From Octopus sinensis (taxonomy: Eukaryota), in assembly GCF_006345805.1 (NCBI RefSeq), contig NC_043001.1:25854001-25918000 (forward strand): 64,000 nt of DNA, read 5' to 3'. The translations under genes were made by a program, and so were the position numbers. The notes under the pieces are model-generated. The model searched no databases. It was not told the DNA's origin and was given only the letters and a program-made list of their open reading frames with translations. Position 1 is the first letter of the stretch. The number at the start of each line of letters is the position of its first letter. Shown in pieces: positions 37,091 to 51,477 of the stretch.

Positions 37091-40000
37091 TGTAGTTTAT
37101 GTTCCTAAACAAATAAAAAAAAAAAGCTTCATGGTCTTAGACATACAAACCGATTACGTACGCCAACGCGTTAATGGTCAGTTAAGTGAAAATTTTTTCG
37201 ATTTTCTTTCTCGTAACTTCCTTTATTTTATTTGCTTCTAATACAATATAAGACAAAACAGTCTAATTGTTTAGCATCTGATGAGCTTTAATCGAGGGAC
37301 CCATAACCGAACGCTTCCAACTACAGACCGTGGAGCCCCCAATTTTTCAGTAAAACATAATACTGAAGCACACTATCAATCGCTGGATACATTAATTAGC
37401 ATTAAAGCTTTCTTTGACCTTTACTTTTCACTTAAACGTGCCTGTGACTAAGGTCGATTCATCTTTCAATGTTAATTAACATTTAAATTAGCAAATTTAA
37501 AAACCATAGATGTTATAAAATGTTTTAACCGTCTTCACTGCATGCTAACATTAATTTTATTTTAATAGCCCTCCCACTCATAAAGAGCTCCGCAGTACCT
37601 GCTACACTGCTAACAAAATGTTGGTATTAAATATTACTTATATCCTTTCCTCATTTAAATTAACTTTCATTTTGTTTATTTTCGAATGTAAACTACAATA
37701 TTATCAACATAAATGATTATGTTCAGAAAACATTTCCAACGAATTCAAAAAAATATCTTCTTCATGAATACCGAAATATCAACCCCACCAAACACGTCGT
37801 GTTTTTTCGACAGTCCCTTACTTCTCAAGATTAATACTTGAGGTGAAATAGTCACCAGATAAAAAATTCGAACCATACAAAGATGGTCGCTAAGGAAAAC
37901 TGTTTAGGTCCCAGAGCAGTAACTAAGGAAGTAGATAAGAAGCTTATGAAATGCAAGGAAAATAAGTCACATGAATTATTTCCCCTTATCATCTTATTAC
38001 GTCATCTTTCAATTTTTAGTTCATTTTTGTTTGTTTTTGAGAGATTAAAGTCATTAGAGACTCCTACACATTTTAAAGCTATTGCCGAGAAAAGATTTTG
38101 TCGGTTTTGGTATGATTTTGATTTTTTAGGACTAACAGAGCCGATGTCATTAGTATTAGTTGTGTTTTGTTTAGTTGAAATAGATAGTCCTTCATAATAC
38201 TGATAGCAATCCATTTATAAGAGAGGGGAACAAGAATGCCAGAAAACCTCACCCACCACCTATATATATGTGAAATAAACTTAGTGGTTTCAACGAATTT
38301 CAATTGAACTCGTTCGTGAGAATGATACCCGTGCTATACTTTGTATCGAGAAATAATAACGTTACAAAAGCAAGTATGGGTTTAGTTAAGTTCTTTAAGT
38401 TCAAAAGCCACTTGATTCTATATCTTAAATTTATGTATAACACCAGCAATTCATTTAATGGCAATGTTAAGATTTGTAATTGACACTAGAAAAGACAACA
38501 CAAAATTTACTCAATCCACCATACTGTAAACAGCTACCCATATGGAGGTATATAGTTTACCCATAAAGAACAAAAGCTATGTATGACTTATTTCTTACAT
38601 TGACAAAAGGTTTATACATTCGTAGGGTAGCAAAGTATTATGAACTGAATCCAACTCGGTACAGGAATGGTGCCTATATATATTCCTCCTCGGCGTGTTG
38701 GCAGAAACATTAGCATGCCGGGCGAAATGCGTAGCCATATTTCGTCTGCCATTATGTTCTGAGTTCAAATTCCGTCGAGGTCGACTTTGCCTTTCATCCT
38801 TTCAGGGTCGATAAATTAAGTACCAGTTATGCACTGGGATCGATGTAATCGACTTAATCCATTTGTCTGTCCTTGTTTGTCCCCTCTGTGTTTAGCCCTT
38901 GTGGGTAGTAAAGAAATATATATATATGCCTCCCCAAACCCTGAGATGTAACGCATGACCTCTTTCTCTTTTCCTGTGGAGCTTTCAGTTTATAAAGTAG
39001 AGGAGCCATGTAGAATGTCTCTTTACTTCTCTATGATTAACAAGTGTTTCATTAGCTGTTAGTACAGCGATAGAATGTTGTTGTGAGAATGAAGTAAGCA
39101 ACAGAATTCCACTAATGTAAACTCATTTTGAATAACATGAAGAGCCTTTCCACTGACTCTTTGATGATATAATGGATTATAAAACATTAAGACCTTACAG
39201 ACATACAAGGAAACATATATAACAAGCTTCAAGGAATCCTCCTCCTCGTCATTGTCATCATCATTATCATCATCACTTTTCCATGCTTGCATATATCAGA
39301 TGGAATTTGTTGAGACAGCTTGTCTGGTAAGTGGATATGGTAGACAGAAATTGAAATCTACTTACCAGATTTTAGACAGCTCTAGGCTATAGTAGAAGAC
39401 ACTTGTCCAAAGTGTCATGCAGTGGGACTAAACCTGAGACCAGATGGTTGGAAAGCAAGCTTTTTAACTACACAGTCAAGCTTAAGCCTATCCCAGTTAC
39501 GCTTGTGCATATCACAGCCATGTCTCCACCTATTAAAAATAATAAGATAAGACAGAAAATGAGTGCACTTTTACACAATAATTTGACTAGCTAGGAATAG
39601 AAGCCGAATTTCCCTCACACCATATAGTCTTGAAAGGGGAACAGATATTTGATGATGCAGTTCTGAATGCACACTGATGAAATATTGGAAAAACAGTGAA
39701 AAATGTTAAAAGAAGATGGGATGGCCAAGGCTGGAATACCATTTATTATAGATGTACTCAATCAGGGATAACCTGGGGCTAAATAACAACACAATTCAAG
39801 AAAGCTTTAAGGTTAATTGTTAATATATTTATCTAATAAAATTAAGGACGTACTTAAATTAAGGATGTGCGGTATACTCTTTTACTCAAGCAATGCTAAG
39901 GGACAAACACAGACACACAAACATACACGCACATATATATATATATACATATCTATGATGGGCTTCTTTCAGTTTCCGTCTACCAAATCCACTCACAAGG

Positions 40001-40573
40001 CTTTGATCGGCCCGAGGCTATAGTAGAAGACACTTGCCCAAGGTGCCACGCAGTGGGACTGAACCCGGAACCATGTGGTTGGTAGGCAAGCTACTTACCA
40101 CAGAGCCACTCCTGTGAATTTTTTAATTTTACAGATTAATAACTAAGTGGCAAGTTGAAATTTTTAGTATAATCCTCATCCTGATCTGCAGCAGCATTAG
40201 AATATTATTTGATGAGTTCAAATAAATTTTCTGAACAATTTCTTGTATATGCTGTCTGGAATTTTTGGCGATTATTAATAATTCAGAAATAGGATGAGAT
40301 CATTTAATGAACTATGCTTGGCCTGAATATCTAAATCATAAAAATAAGCACTGATAATCAATTAACAACCAATAAATAATGCATGAATCTGTTGACTAAT
40401 ATTGCATATTTTCTTTTTATTTTACTGTTTCTTCAGAAAGACATCTGTCTTTAATTTCAACACATGCATTTCTTCTTGTATACAAAATCATGAAATTGTA
40501 AATAACAAGTAAGTGTGAACTCTACTTTAATCAGTTGGTTATAAAATATAATTTATAATAGTATTTTATCAGA

Positions 40574-40964
40574 AACTAGCAGTATCGCCTGGCGTTGCTC
40601 AGGTTTGTAAGGGAAATAACTATAAAGCATTTTTAGAGAGTTATAGCCAAAAAATAGCAAAAAAATGCATTAAAAATGGAAAAAATATGATGGTAAATTT
40701 TTTTTTAAATCGTTGACTCATCGTAGACATTTTTAGAGAGTTACTTCCCTTTAAAAAAATGCATTAAAATGGAAAAAATGATGGTAAATTATTTTTAAAA
40801 TCGTAGACTCATCGTAGACGCGCGCTAATACCCAGAAGGGCTCGATATGAATCACGACTATAAGATAGCCGGTTTTGGTTATAACTGCACCGCAAAATGT
40901 GGGAGTAGTTAGGAATCTAAATCGGAGTAGACAGACACACAACCTTACTTTTATATATAAAGAT
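40574..40964 (+). mobile_element. Helitron/Helentron-type non-autonomous element (DINE-1/HINE-like)
   Basis: Starts AACTAGCAGTATCGCCTGGCGTTGCTCAGGTT (subterminal hairpin), has an internal tandem duplication, a GACAGACACAC tract, and ends TTTTATATATAAAGAT. Confidence 0.65.
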
Positions 40965-41369
40965 AGGTAAAGTCAAACATTACACAATAGACTTGTTATT
41001 TCATTGCCTTGTTTACTACCATCACCTGGCTTTTGGGTACCTTTAGCAGAGCCCATTCTGTTGCAAGCAATTAGGTGAGGTTTCCAACTTGAGGATACCT
41101 TCCTTTCTTCCTCCCACCAGTTTCATAGACCCTAAAATGGATCATATGCTCTGTCCTTCTGACTAACTGATAACAAAGAAATTCTCAAATAGCGGATTGA
41201 CAGAATTGTTAAAGTGTCAGACAAACTACTTTACATCATTTGGTTCCAGACCTTTATATTCTGAGTTCAAATCTCACTAAGGTCGTCTTCATCTTTCATC
41301 CTCCTTAGCTTTGATAAGATTAAAATATCAGTCAACTACTGGTATTGATTTGATTGATTGAAATACATT

Positions 41370-41670
41370 TGAAGGACACTTCCTGAAGACTTAAAGAAGA
41401 TAGTTACATTGACATGAAGCAAAGCTTCTCTTGGATTCATGACCGCTGCATCACACTTCAAAGAAGTAATCCAAGAACAGGAGATTGCTACTAAATACCC
41501 AATCAACAGAAGAAACAGTAAAACCCTTGGAGCTCCAAAATGCAATTGAAAATGTAGATTATGTTCTATGTCTGTGGAAGACATCACACATGATAAGCAG
41601 CTGCCCAAATATGTCTTCAAGATACTACCTGGTCACAAAAACAATATACAATGTGAGGTATATTTGCCAT
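41370..41670 (+). mobile_element. R4/Dong-like (restriction-like endonuclease) non-LTR retrotransposon C-terminal fragment
   Basis: Broken frames read IQEQEIATKY...C(R)LC.SVEDITHMISSCPNMSSRYYL...KTIYN, the CCHC region of R4/Dong ORFs. A second short piece (HIISSCPKMSSWYFLP) lies on the minus strand at about 48296-48345. Confidence 0.6.
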
Positions 41671-43431
41671 CTCAATATGGCTAACCACTAAGGATGGGTG
41701 TTACTGTAGCTTGTAGCCCTAGGAGAACATCTCCTCCAGCTGGCTTAGGCACACTTTAGGCACAATACAATGTCATTCAGAAAAAAGACTGTTCTGGAAT
41801 AAATATAGAGAATTCCTCTGTTATTTAATATATTGACAAATATCAACACAAGGAATGCTGGTGGAACATTTCCATCAAAACATTGTTGTTTGGGACAGAC
41901 AAGAATAAGTAGGAACCATCACAGAGGTCAGTTGTCCTGCTAATGTGAATATTTCTTTGAAAATTAAAGAGAAAGAAGATAACTATGGACAACTGCTTTG
42001 AAATCTCTCACTACTATTTCTATATCCAGATTATAAATTGGCATCTATACCAATAACAATTGGTACACTTGGTTTTGTGAGTAAACACACACACACTTAT
42101 ACAACAGGCCTGTTGTATTGTTTATGTGAGTGTTTGTGTTTATGAATAGTAGCCGAATTTCCCTCACACCATATAGTCTTGAAAGGGGAATAGATATTTG
42201 GTGATGCAGTTCTGAACGTACACTGATGAAACATTGGAAAAACAGGGAAAAATGTTATTGCTTGAATTAAACAGTGATATGATGTTTTCATTCCTTGTTG
42301 ACTTTATACCAGATGCGCTGCACTTTCTAAGACCTGTGGAAGAAGGAACAAGCAAGTGTTGGCAACAAGAAGAGCATCCAACCACAAAATCCAGTGTCAA
42401 ATAAGTTCCTCTCCAACCCATTCTAGCATTGGAAAATGGATGTTATACAAATGAACTAATAAAGGACACAGTGTTTCCCAGGTTTCGTCAAACAATTGAT
42501 TTCAGCTGAGAATTCCAAACAAATCTCTTTATTTCTGTATTCACTTGAATAGAAGATCAAATGTAAATATCAATGACACTACAGTATTGTCCTGAGGAAT
42601 GGCTATTATTAACTATCCCTATGGCCAGACATATTTCTTGCTGGTTTGAATCAAACATCACTTGTATGATGGTGATATTCACTTATAACTGTCACATGGT
42701 GTCAAATCAAGGTGGGTGCTTGCATAACACACCCACTCAAAACACACACACACACAAGCACATACATAATGTCAACTTTCCATGCTGGCATGAGTTGGAC
42801 TTTCAGCTTCTGTCTATCAAATTCACTCATAAGACCTGGGGCTCTAACAGAAGATGCTTGTACAAGTGTCACACCATAGGACTAAACCTAAGCTCACATG
42901 GTTAGAAATCAAGTTTCTTAGTCATGCAATCATACCTCTCTCTCAATAAAATAACACTTTATTAAAAAAAAACTTGTCATTTATAATGCTACTGCATATT
43001 AGAACCATTTGATGAGAAACCTATTCAGGGCCTCACTTTGCAACCATGTAATTTTGGGCCCATTTCCACTGTACAATACCTTGGGTAAGTGTCTTCTACT
43101 ATAGCCCTAGGATGACCAATGCTTATGGGTGAATTTGGCTGACAGAAACTCTTTTGAAGCCTAAGGTGGTGAGCTGGCAGAAACGTTAGCATGCCGGGTG
43201 AAATGCTTGGTGGTATTTCGTGTGCTGTTACGTTCTGAGATCAAATTCCACCGAAGTTGACTTTGCCTTTCATCCTTTTGGGGTCATAAATTAAGTACCA
43301 GTTACGCACTGAGGTCGTTGTAATTGACTCAGTCCCATTGTCTGTCCTTGTTTGTCCCCTCTATGTTTAGCCCCTCGTGGGCAATAAAGAAATAAGGAAC
43401 TCTGTTGAAACCTATCATATACATGTATGTA

Positions 43432-44790
43432 AACTGAACCAAAAAGAAACGTTGCTTACATACTAAATAGAAATTGGTTTATTAAAAGATGCCATAGCAT
43501 TGATTGAAGAGTGCTAATTAAGAAACTGTTCTTTCCTAATGATAAAAAGCCATTTCCTGAAACATTTTTGACATCACATGGTGTCACATGATGACGGAGT
43601 GTCCTGGATCAAAAGAGATGAACTCAATATTTTGTGTGACCACCGTTAGCATTGATTAACACCAGGCATCTTCTGTATACTGAATGCACCAAATGATTGA
43701 TGAAGGCCATGGGGATAGCAGCCCATACTCTGTTAAAACTTACAGTGAGTTGTGCTACAGTTGTTGGCCTTGGACAGATGCAATTTAGCCTTCTTTGGAC
43801 TTCATCCCACAAGTGCTCTATGGGATTCAAGTCTGGACTTAGGGCAGGCTATGGCAGAGTCTGGATGTTGTGTTGTTGGAGGAAGTCTGTTGTCAACCTG
43901 GCAGTATGGGCACAGGCGTTGTCATGTTGGAACACGTGATTCCGATGATGGGCAAAGTATGACACAATGTGAAGCCTCAACACTTGGTCGATGTAGTGAG
44001 CAGCGGTTACTCCATTGCCCCGGCTGCAAAATTTTTTTCCCACGAGATTAATGAACTTATTTGCATACAGCCAATCAGAGCTCACCTTGAAAATCCACTA
44101 CTCTGTACTGCTAGAGTACAACCGCTCAGGCATAGAATTGTGTATGCCACTCTGTGAGTACAGCATAGCAGGTCTCACATAATCACCACATACCCCGCTC
44201 CCACCCATCATCCTCATAGATCAATTGAGCACCATCTCTGTATGGAGCTAACATTAGGTACCTATGCTCAGACTGAGATTAGTGATACTGCATGTACCCA
44301 TTGATATATGTAAGGAGGGCGCAATACGACACAACACCATATTGATTACAATGTTTCCAATCAGTACCAACATTTTAAATTAGGAATGAACAAAATCAGT
44401 CAAAAAATTAGGAAACTGCACTCATTTACATTTTCTAGTAAATTACACAAATTGGCAACACTTATGGCATCATTGATGGGCAGCTTTCCATTCGCTTTAT
44501 ACACCAAATTTCACATTTGTCACCCCTATTAACCTATTTAGAACAGTTCGATTTTGCTATTACACACATTTTCCACTGAACTCAACCAGAATATTTTCGT
44601 GACGAGTTGGAAACTTGTTTGATAATTGAGCTCTGATTGGCTGTATGCAAATGAGTTCATAAATGGGGTCCAGAACTCTCGTGGAAAAAAAAAATTTCAC
44701 ACCCCAGCCTTGGTCGATGTTTTGGAAGACCGCTGGTTCAAGTTTCTGGTTGAGTGCAATCCTGCCCCATACCATGATGTTCTAACTTCC
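43432..44790 (-). mobile_element. Tc1-family transposon relic (DD34E region), interrupted by a MITE
   Basis: ORFs 44560-44775 (MVWGRI), 43849-44085 (VFQHDNACAHTARLTTDFL) and 43624-43830 (MNPIEHLWDEV...NGGHTKY); TIR-like AACTGAACCAAAAAGAAACG after TA at 43430-43431. Confidence 0.88.
44025..44701. mobile_element. 677-bp TIR element (MITE) inserted in the Tc1 transposase
   Basis: Imperfect TIRs of about 55-75 bp containing ATGAACT(T/C)ATTTGCATACAGCCAATCAGAGCTCA; TG...CA ends; 7-bp TSD CCCC(G/A)GC at 44018-44024 and 44702-44708. Confidence 0.8.
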
Positions 44791-45593
44791 CCATGAGTCT
44801 CCCTCCACGATATGGCCATTGGCATAATGTTCACCCCTTCTTCTCCAAACCCTGTCTCTTCCATCTGCTTCATCAAATATCTTTTGTACTTAAACTACTT
44901 AAACTAGCATGGAGAAAGTAGATGTAAAAATGACAACAAAGAAGGCTTAGCAAGTAACAATATCAAGGAACTTCCAGGTAGATAATTGATTATACATCCA
45001 TATTTCAACAACTCATTGTATTTACTTACTAGAAGTGATAAGTAGTGTTATGCCAGATGTGGTAGATTTCTAGTGACCCTCATGCAATAAGTAATGTTTT
45101 AGTCATGCACTGGTTTTCACCAGTTTTATTTGCCAGTAAAAGAAAAATATTCCTGTAGTTTATTTGGCTGATAAAGCAGAAAGCCACATACAATGTCATA
45201 TATTTTGTGGTGGGTTTAATTTTGACTAATAATAGTATTTAACAGCCACTTATTTAACTGAATATAGAAAGATAAGAATGAAGGTGGACTCTGGCAGGGT
45301 TTGCCATCTCCATGTGTCTAACACACGTGGACATGCCTACAAAGTCAGAAAACAATACAGCTCCCATGACTTTCGGAAACATTTTTTCACGCTCAGAGTT
45401 GCTGAAGCATGGAATAAACTGCCTGCGTCAGTTGTTGACTGCCATGACACTGCATCTTTTAAGGCCCTCATGCTTTCCGAAATCCGCCGAAACTTCACCT
45501 GATTATATATACACTTTAGATGAGTTGTAGTGCACCTGAGCACTGTACACAATTATTATTATTATTATTATTATTATTATAAAGACACATAAG

Positions 45594-46015
45594 GGATCTT
45601 TTCAGTTTGAACAGCAGTTTTTAACATAATTTCTAGGTAACTAAAAAATTTTAAACTTCGTATACTGGTAGAATGTGTTTATAAAACATATTTTTCTCTT
45701 GGCTTTATTGAGAAAATTCTATAATTTGTAAGATATTTGTTGTTTTTTTTCTTCAATTTCTGCAATTTCAACCAATGACTCACATCTATTGAGGTAAACA
45801 ACATTCTGTGCCGTATGAATATGTCCCTCGTTTAAGAAACAGATTGGGTTTATTTACATTTGTGAAGAAAAAGGATACCCTTTCCCCCACCCTTAACCCT
45901 AACCCTAACCCTAAAATAGATTGAAATGCAATAGATCGATACTAGGGTCATAATTATGGGTGACAGTTTCATATGACACCGCTAGAAAAAACTGCCGTTC
46001 AAACCAAAAAGGTCC
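45594..46015. mobile_element. Merlin/IS1016-type MITE carrying (TAACCC)3
   Basis: TIRs GGATCTTTTCAGTTTGAACAGCAGTTTTT / AAAAAACTGCCGTTCAAACCAAAAAGGTCC; perfect 8-bp TSD CACATAAG (45586-45593 and 46016-46023); GG termini. Confidence 0.8.
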
Positions 46016-47395
46016 CACATAAGTAATCACTGTTTTATATTAACCCACCATTCTACCAAGCCACCAGAACACCACCAACAATAATAATAATTGTTTCTAA
46101 AATAAAACACAAAGCTTGAAATTTGGGAGAAGAGGTATAATTGATTTTATTGACTCAAGTTCTTGACTGATACTTTAATTTATCAACTCCTGAAGGATAA
46201 GAGGCAAAGTTAACTTTGGCAACATTTGAACAAGTATCTTCTACTGAAAATGTCAGAACAAATACTGCATGACTTTTTTTGTCCAAAGCTCTTACAATTC
46301 TGCCAGTCTATCCACTTCAATGGTATTTCCTGTCTTAAGTAGAAGACCTCAAATTTGTGGGAGTGATATAGATAATTATATCAACTCCAATACTTGACTC
46401 TATTTTATCAATCCCGGAAGGGTGAAACACGAAGTTGATCTTGGCTGTATTGAAAACCAAAATATAAAGAGCTGTTAAAAATAACAAGAGGTAGTTTGTC
46501 CAGTGCTCTAACAATACTGTCAATCCAACACCATTTTTGTTCCTGGGCAGTAAGTGTTATTTGTTAATTTCTTGTGTTGATAAACTATAGAAAACTGCTA
46601 TTACTTCCTTTAAATTTTGCTTTTGTGATCTGGATAACGATAATTTGAAATTTACTTATTTCTTATGGGGAATTTGCACAATTTCATTTACATAAGGTTT
46701 GAAAGAATGGCTGTGTGGTAAGTAGCTTGCTTCCCAACCACATGGTTCTGGGTTCAGTCCCACTGCATGCCACCTTGGGCAAGCATCTTCTACTATAACC
46801 TTGGCCTGACCAAAGCCTTGTGAGTAGATTTGGTAGATGGAAACTGAAAGAAGCCTGTCATACATATGTGTGTGGGGCGGTATGTGTGTGTGTGTGTGTG
46901 TCTCCACAACACCACTTGACAACTGATGCTGGTGTGTTTACGTCCCCATAACTTAATGGTTCGGCAAAAGAGACCAATAGAATAAGTACTAGGCTTACAA
47001 AGAATAAGCCCTGTGGTCGATTTGCTTGACTAAAGGTGGTGCTCCAGCATGGCTGCAGTCAAATGACTGAAACAAGTGAAAGAATAAACGAGTAAAAGAA
47101 TATGAATTAAGTTTAGCCAGTATTTATAGTTAAGTACATGTATGTTTGTGTCGCCTTGTTTTGCCATTGTGTGATAGTCGTAAATGAGTGTCACTGTTAT
47201 ACAAGCAGTGTCATTCATTTCTGATATTCTGCAAAAACATGTCTGGCCATGGAGACATGTAACCTTAGTTGGAAACAGGTGTGGGTTGGTGACAGGAAGG
47301 ACATCTGGATGTAGAAAATCTGCCTCAGCAAACTTAGTTTAACCCATGCAAGCATGGAAATGGTAAATATGCTAAAGCTGATGATTATACTTATA

Positions 47396-48297
47396 AGGGT
47401 TGGACAAAATAATGGAAACACCTTAAAATTTCAAACAAATTTATTTTAATATGGAGTAGGATCGCTTTTGGCAGTAATTACAGCTTGAATTTTACAAAGT
47501 TTGAATTGTTTCCAAAGGAATTTTTGTCCATTCTTCGGCTAAAACAGTCTCCAGTTCTTGTAGTGATGATGGTGGAGGATATCGACTCCTTACTTGTTTT
47601 TCTAAAATACACCATAAATGTTCAATAATATTGAGATCTGGGGATTGTGGTGGTCAGATAGGATGTTCAACTAGAATGTTCCTCGTGCCATTCATTAAAA
47701 ACTTTAGCTGTGTGAATTGATACATTGTCATCTCAAAAGATTGTGTTACCCTCTGGAAACAGTTCCACAAACATAGGATGAATTTGATCAGATAAAATGC
47801 TTAAATAGTCTTCACTATTAATTCTGCCATGAAGGGAAACCATTGGGCCAGCGGATTTCCAAGATATAGCCCTCCAGATCATCACAGATCCACCTCCATG
47901 TTTAACAGTTGGAAGAAGGCAGTCTGGGTCAAATACTTCTTTTGGCTGTCTCCATATGCATACTTGGCTGGTAGTCGGAAATAAGGATGACTCGTCCAAA
48001 AAAATAACATTCTTCCACTTTTCTAGGGACCAATTCTGTAGGTTTTTACTCCACTTTAAATGCTTTGCAATGTTTGTTTTTGAAAGTAGTGGTTTTCTGA
48101 TTCCAGCCCTCCTATGAAGTCTGGCTTTGTATAGTTCCTTGTGAACAGTTTTTGTGGAAACTGGGTTCTCAAGGCGATCATTAAGCTTTGTGGTAATTTT
48201 GGGAGCTGTACTTTTGTGATCCTTTCTAACAATTTGCATAAGAGTCCAATGGTCCCTATCTGAAAGTTTGGGTTTTCTTCCGAAGTTTTGTTTCAAC
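47396..48297 (-). mobile_element. Tc1-family transposon, 5'-truncated
   Basis: ORF 47733-48335 (GRKPKLSDRD...KPLLSK...WKNVIFLDES...TVKHGGGSVMIW); TIR AGGGTTGGACAAAATAATGGAAACACC near 47396. Confidence 0.9.
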
Positions 48298-49363
48298 GAG
48301 GAGGTAAAAAATACCATGATGACATTTTTGGACAACTGCTTATGATGTGTGTGATGTATGTATGTATGTACATATGTACGTACGTATGTATGTATGTATA
48401 TGTTTGTATGTATGCATGCATGTATGTATGCGTATTTGCATCATTGTTTCTGTTTTGCCCCCTTCCCTCACTTGACAACCAGAGTTGGTTTGTTCACACC
48501 CCTGTAACTTAGCAGTTCGGCAAAAGAGATCAATAGAATAATTCCAGGTTTAAAAATAAGTACTGGAGTCTATTTGTTGGACTAAATTCTTCAAGATGAC
48601 GTCCCAGCTTGACTACAATCCAATGACTGAAACCATAACAGATCAAAGCGGGTGAAAATTATGTCTTAGCATCTAAAATTTTTTTTGCTGTGCTCGCAGG
48701 TGAAATGAGATTTCCAAAATTTGCTTCCAAAATACCAAAATATGTCTTGTTGGCTTTACACATTTTAGTGGATAGTGCCATAGAGTACTTTTTTATTCTT
48801 GTCTTGATAAATTGGCCAGAGTAAAATGCGTCTGCCAGATGCTTATAACATCTTGGCAGCATTTCCAATAAATGCAGATAGTCTCACCCATTTAGGTAGC
48901 TAAAACTGAACTGAATTAGCGAGCTTAAGGTCCTTTTATTTGAATTACTGGAAAGTTCTTGAAAATTCTAGAAAGTTCTCGAAAGTTGTAGGAAATTCTA
49001 GAAAGCACTTGAAAATTCTCCAAAATTCAAGAACGTTCTCAATCAGCCACTCAGCACTGAATCTATCTAGAATGTTCGGGGAAACAGGTAAATTTTAAAA
49101 TATCGCTACTGAGGTCACGAAAGCAAAGTCTGAAGAGAATATTAGACAATTCCAGCATATTTTAAACATATGGAGAAAGGAAACATCACTGCCTAATAAC
49201 AACAACAACAAAAAAGTAAACATTTTATTATATTTGTAATTGTTTCTAACACAGGTACAAAAACTGAAATTTGTGGGGCGGGGTTGAGTCGATTTTATCG
49301 ACCTCAGTACTTGACTGGTACCTTATTTTGTTGACCCTGGAAAGATGAAAGGATAATAATAAC

Positions 49364-49402
<39 letters not shown>

Positions 49403-49810
49403 GATTATGATTTCCTTTTATTTTAAGGCAGACAGCACAACATAATAACTGTTTTGATCGGTATTGAAAAATATAGCTAAATGTTTTTGTAAGGGAGTTA
49501 ACTATTTGGGGGACGGGAGCGACCTAAAATTTTTGTTGTACGCAAGCGACATATTACTGTTTCCTCTGGTGCAACTACACAACAATTTCACTTTAAGTTG
49601 ATAGTATTTAACAAAATACACCAATGTGTGTAATTCTACAACGGTGTACTTAAGGCAGACATTACATTCATTTATAATACATCGCATGATAAGCACGAAC
49701 GTACTCTTGTTTATTTACATATACTAATACAATTGCAACAAAAAATATAGGTACTGGTGACTAATATGAAAAGAGGTGTGTATAAAACGTTTTGATGCAT
49801 TTAGAGTGTG

Positions 49811-50324
49811 ATGGAAGAAAGTGAATTCCTGCATAAGATTTCTGATGAAGACGAACAGGATCGTGATTACACTTGCCGGTTAGATATAGAGCCGATAGCA
49901 ACGTCAACAACATCGCCGATAACAACATCAACAGCATTGCCATCATCACAAACAACATCAATAACACCAGATGTAAGTTGCAGCAAAGCGATTTTTCAAT
50001 CATCACTTTCCAGCTTCGAAACTGATTTTGAAGACATTCCCGTTACACCTCCTGACTGTCAATTGTCATCTAACCATGATTCAAATAGCAAGACATTTGA
50101 TGTGCGACAATCCGACTCGGAAAGAGTCCGAGGTGCATTGTGTCGCGTTTTTAGCCAAAATTATTCCGAAAGTGACTCGATTAGTGTCAACTCGTCACTG
50201 GTAACATCATCTTCATCATCCTCATCACGCGTCTCTCCGAAAAGAATGGCTAAAAGTGATTCATTCTGTGACTGCTATGCTCTTGGTCAAGAAAAAGAAT
50301 GTTTGTGTGGAGAAGAGGATTCGT
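49811..50324 (+). CDS. SPSB3: SPRY domain-containing SOCS box protein 3, coding exon 1 (Ser/Thr-rich N-terminus, ends FCDC...CLCGEEDS)
   Basis: ATG at 49811 (the ORF track's 49808 is GTG), donor T|GTAAGT phase 1; the C-x-CGEE motif precedes FDWVW as in vertebrate SPSB3. Confidence 0.85.
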
Positions 50325-51366
50325 GTAAGTATACCTCAACGCTTACTCTACCACATGGCATATTTAAAACCCAGTATTGTAAATAATAATGCAATTTGAA
50401 AACTGGGAACATTTTTGTTTATCATTTCGATGAGAAATGTTTTGCTAAATTCGTTGTTGAATGCATTTTGTAGTAAATATGCAAGGGACGTAAATGTTAT
50501 TTTTAATGGCTTTAAAGCATTTAGAGTATGAATCAAATATCCAGTTTGGGGCAACCTTATTCTATTGTTTTTTAATTCCCAATAAAATGAAATTACGTTT
50601 TAAAGAGTCATCAGTTGCGAAGTTAATAACGATAATCATTATAAATGGATCTGTGCAATTAGTTGTAATGAAAGTAACTGCATTTGTTTCTCTCTTACTC
50701 CCTTTACATCCCATCAACGTTATCTAAATATTTTTCTAAAAGTTCATTGTTTTATCGAGAGAAAACTTTTCATGTTGAGCTGTTGTAGAAATGTTTTCCT
50801 GATAAATTGTGTAGTTATTAACGGTAAGATGCAAACAACGGCAATATTATTGAAAGAGCAATATTATTATTATTATTATTACCCCACTGAGTCATTACTG
50901 GTTAATCAAATTTTTGATGCCCTTAGAAAAAATGTAATACCAGTGTTTTATAGTTTCTGCAAAAAATAAACATAATGTTCCTTCATAACTATTATGCATA
51001 TTTAAGTGAATTTTACTCTTGTTTACGATCTAATAGTAAACAAAAATTACACACCTATAAAGAACCATTTACCTTAGTATTTGTGAAATTACCCTCTGGG
51101 AGAAATGATGATTAATTGTCACCTTGATCTTGGATAAAATGCTAACTAAGCTCTGATTTACCTTTATTTACCAACTTGCTCAATTCACTTTTGTTTTCTA
51201 AGTTGCCTTTTATTAATCATGTGTGTATATAGAAGGGCAGGCATGTGGTCATGGGTTCAGTCCCACTGTGTGACACTTTGGACAAGTGTCTACTATTATA
51301 GCCCCTGGTTAACCAAGGCCTTGTGAGTGGATTTGGTAGATAGAAACTGGAGGAAGACCGTCGTGA

Positions 51367-51426
<60 letters not shown>

Positions 51427-51437
51427 ATGTATATATG

Positions 51438-51477
<40 letters not shown>

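Noticed and set aside
37883-38303. Overlapping ORFs 37883-38197(+), 38002-38214(-), 38079-38303(-)
   Set aside because: No recognisable domain or convincing splice sites; length expected by chance in AT-rich DNA.
45892-45914. Telomere or chromosome-fusion scar
   Set aside because: Only three units, and they lie inside a TIR element with a TSD.
48650-49130. Possible transposase fragment and GAAA(A/G)TTCT short repeats
   Set aside because: No diagnostic motif or matching terminal repeats found; cannot be classified.
37277-49860. Other CTGATGA/CTGAAGA hits (about 37277, 39675, 41383, 42223, 49843) as hammerheads
   Set aside because: No properly spaced stem II, GAAA, UH triplet and stem I; the hit near 49843 is SPSB3 coding sequence.
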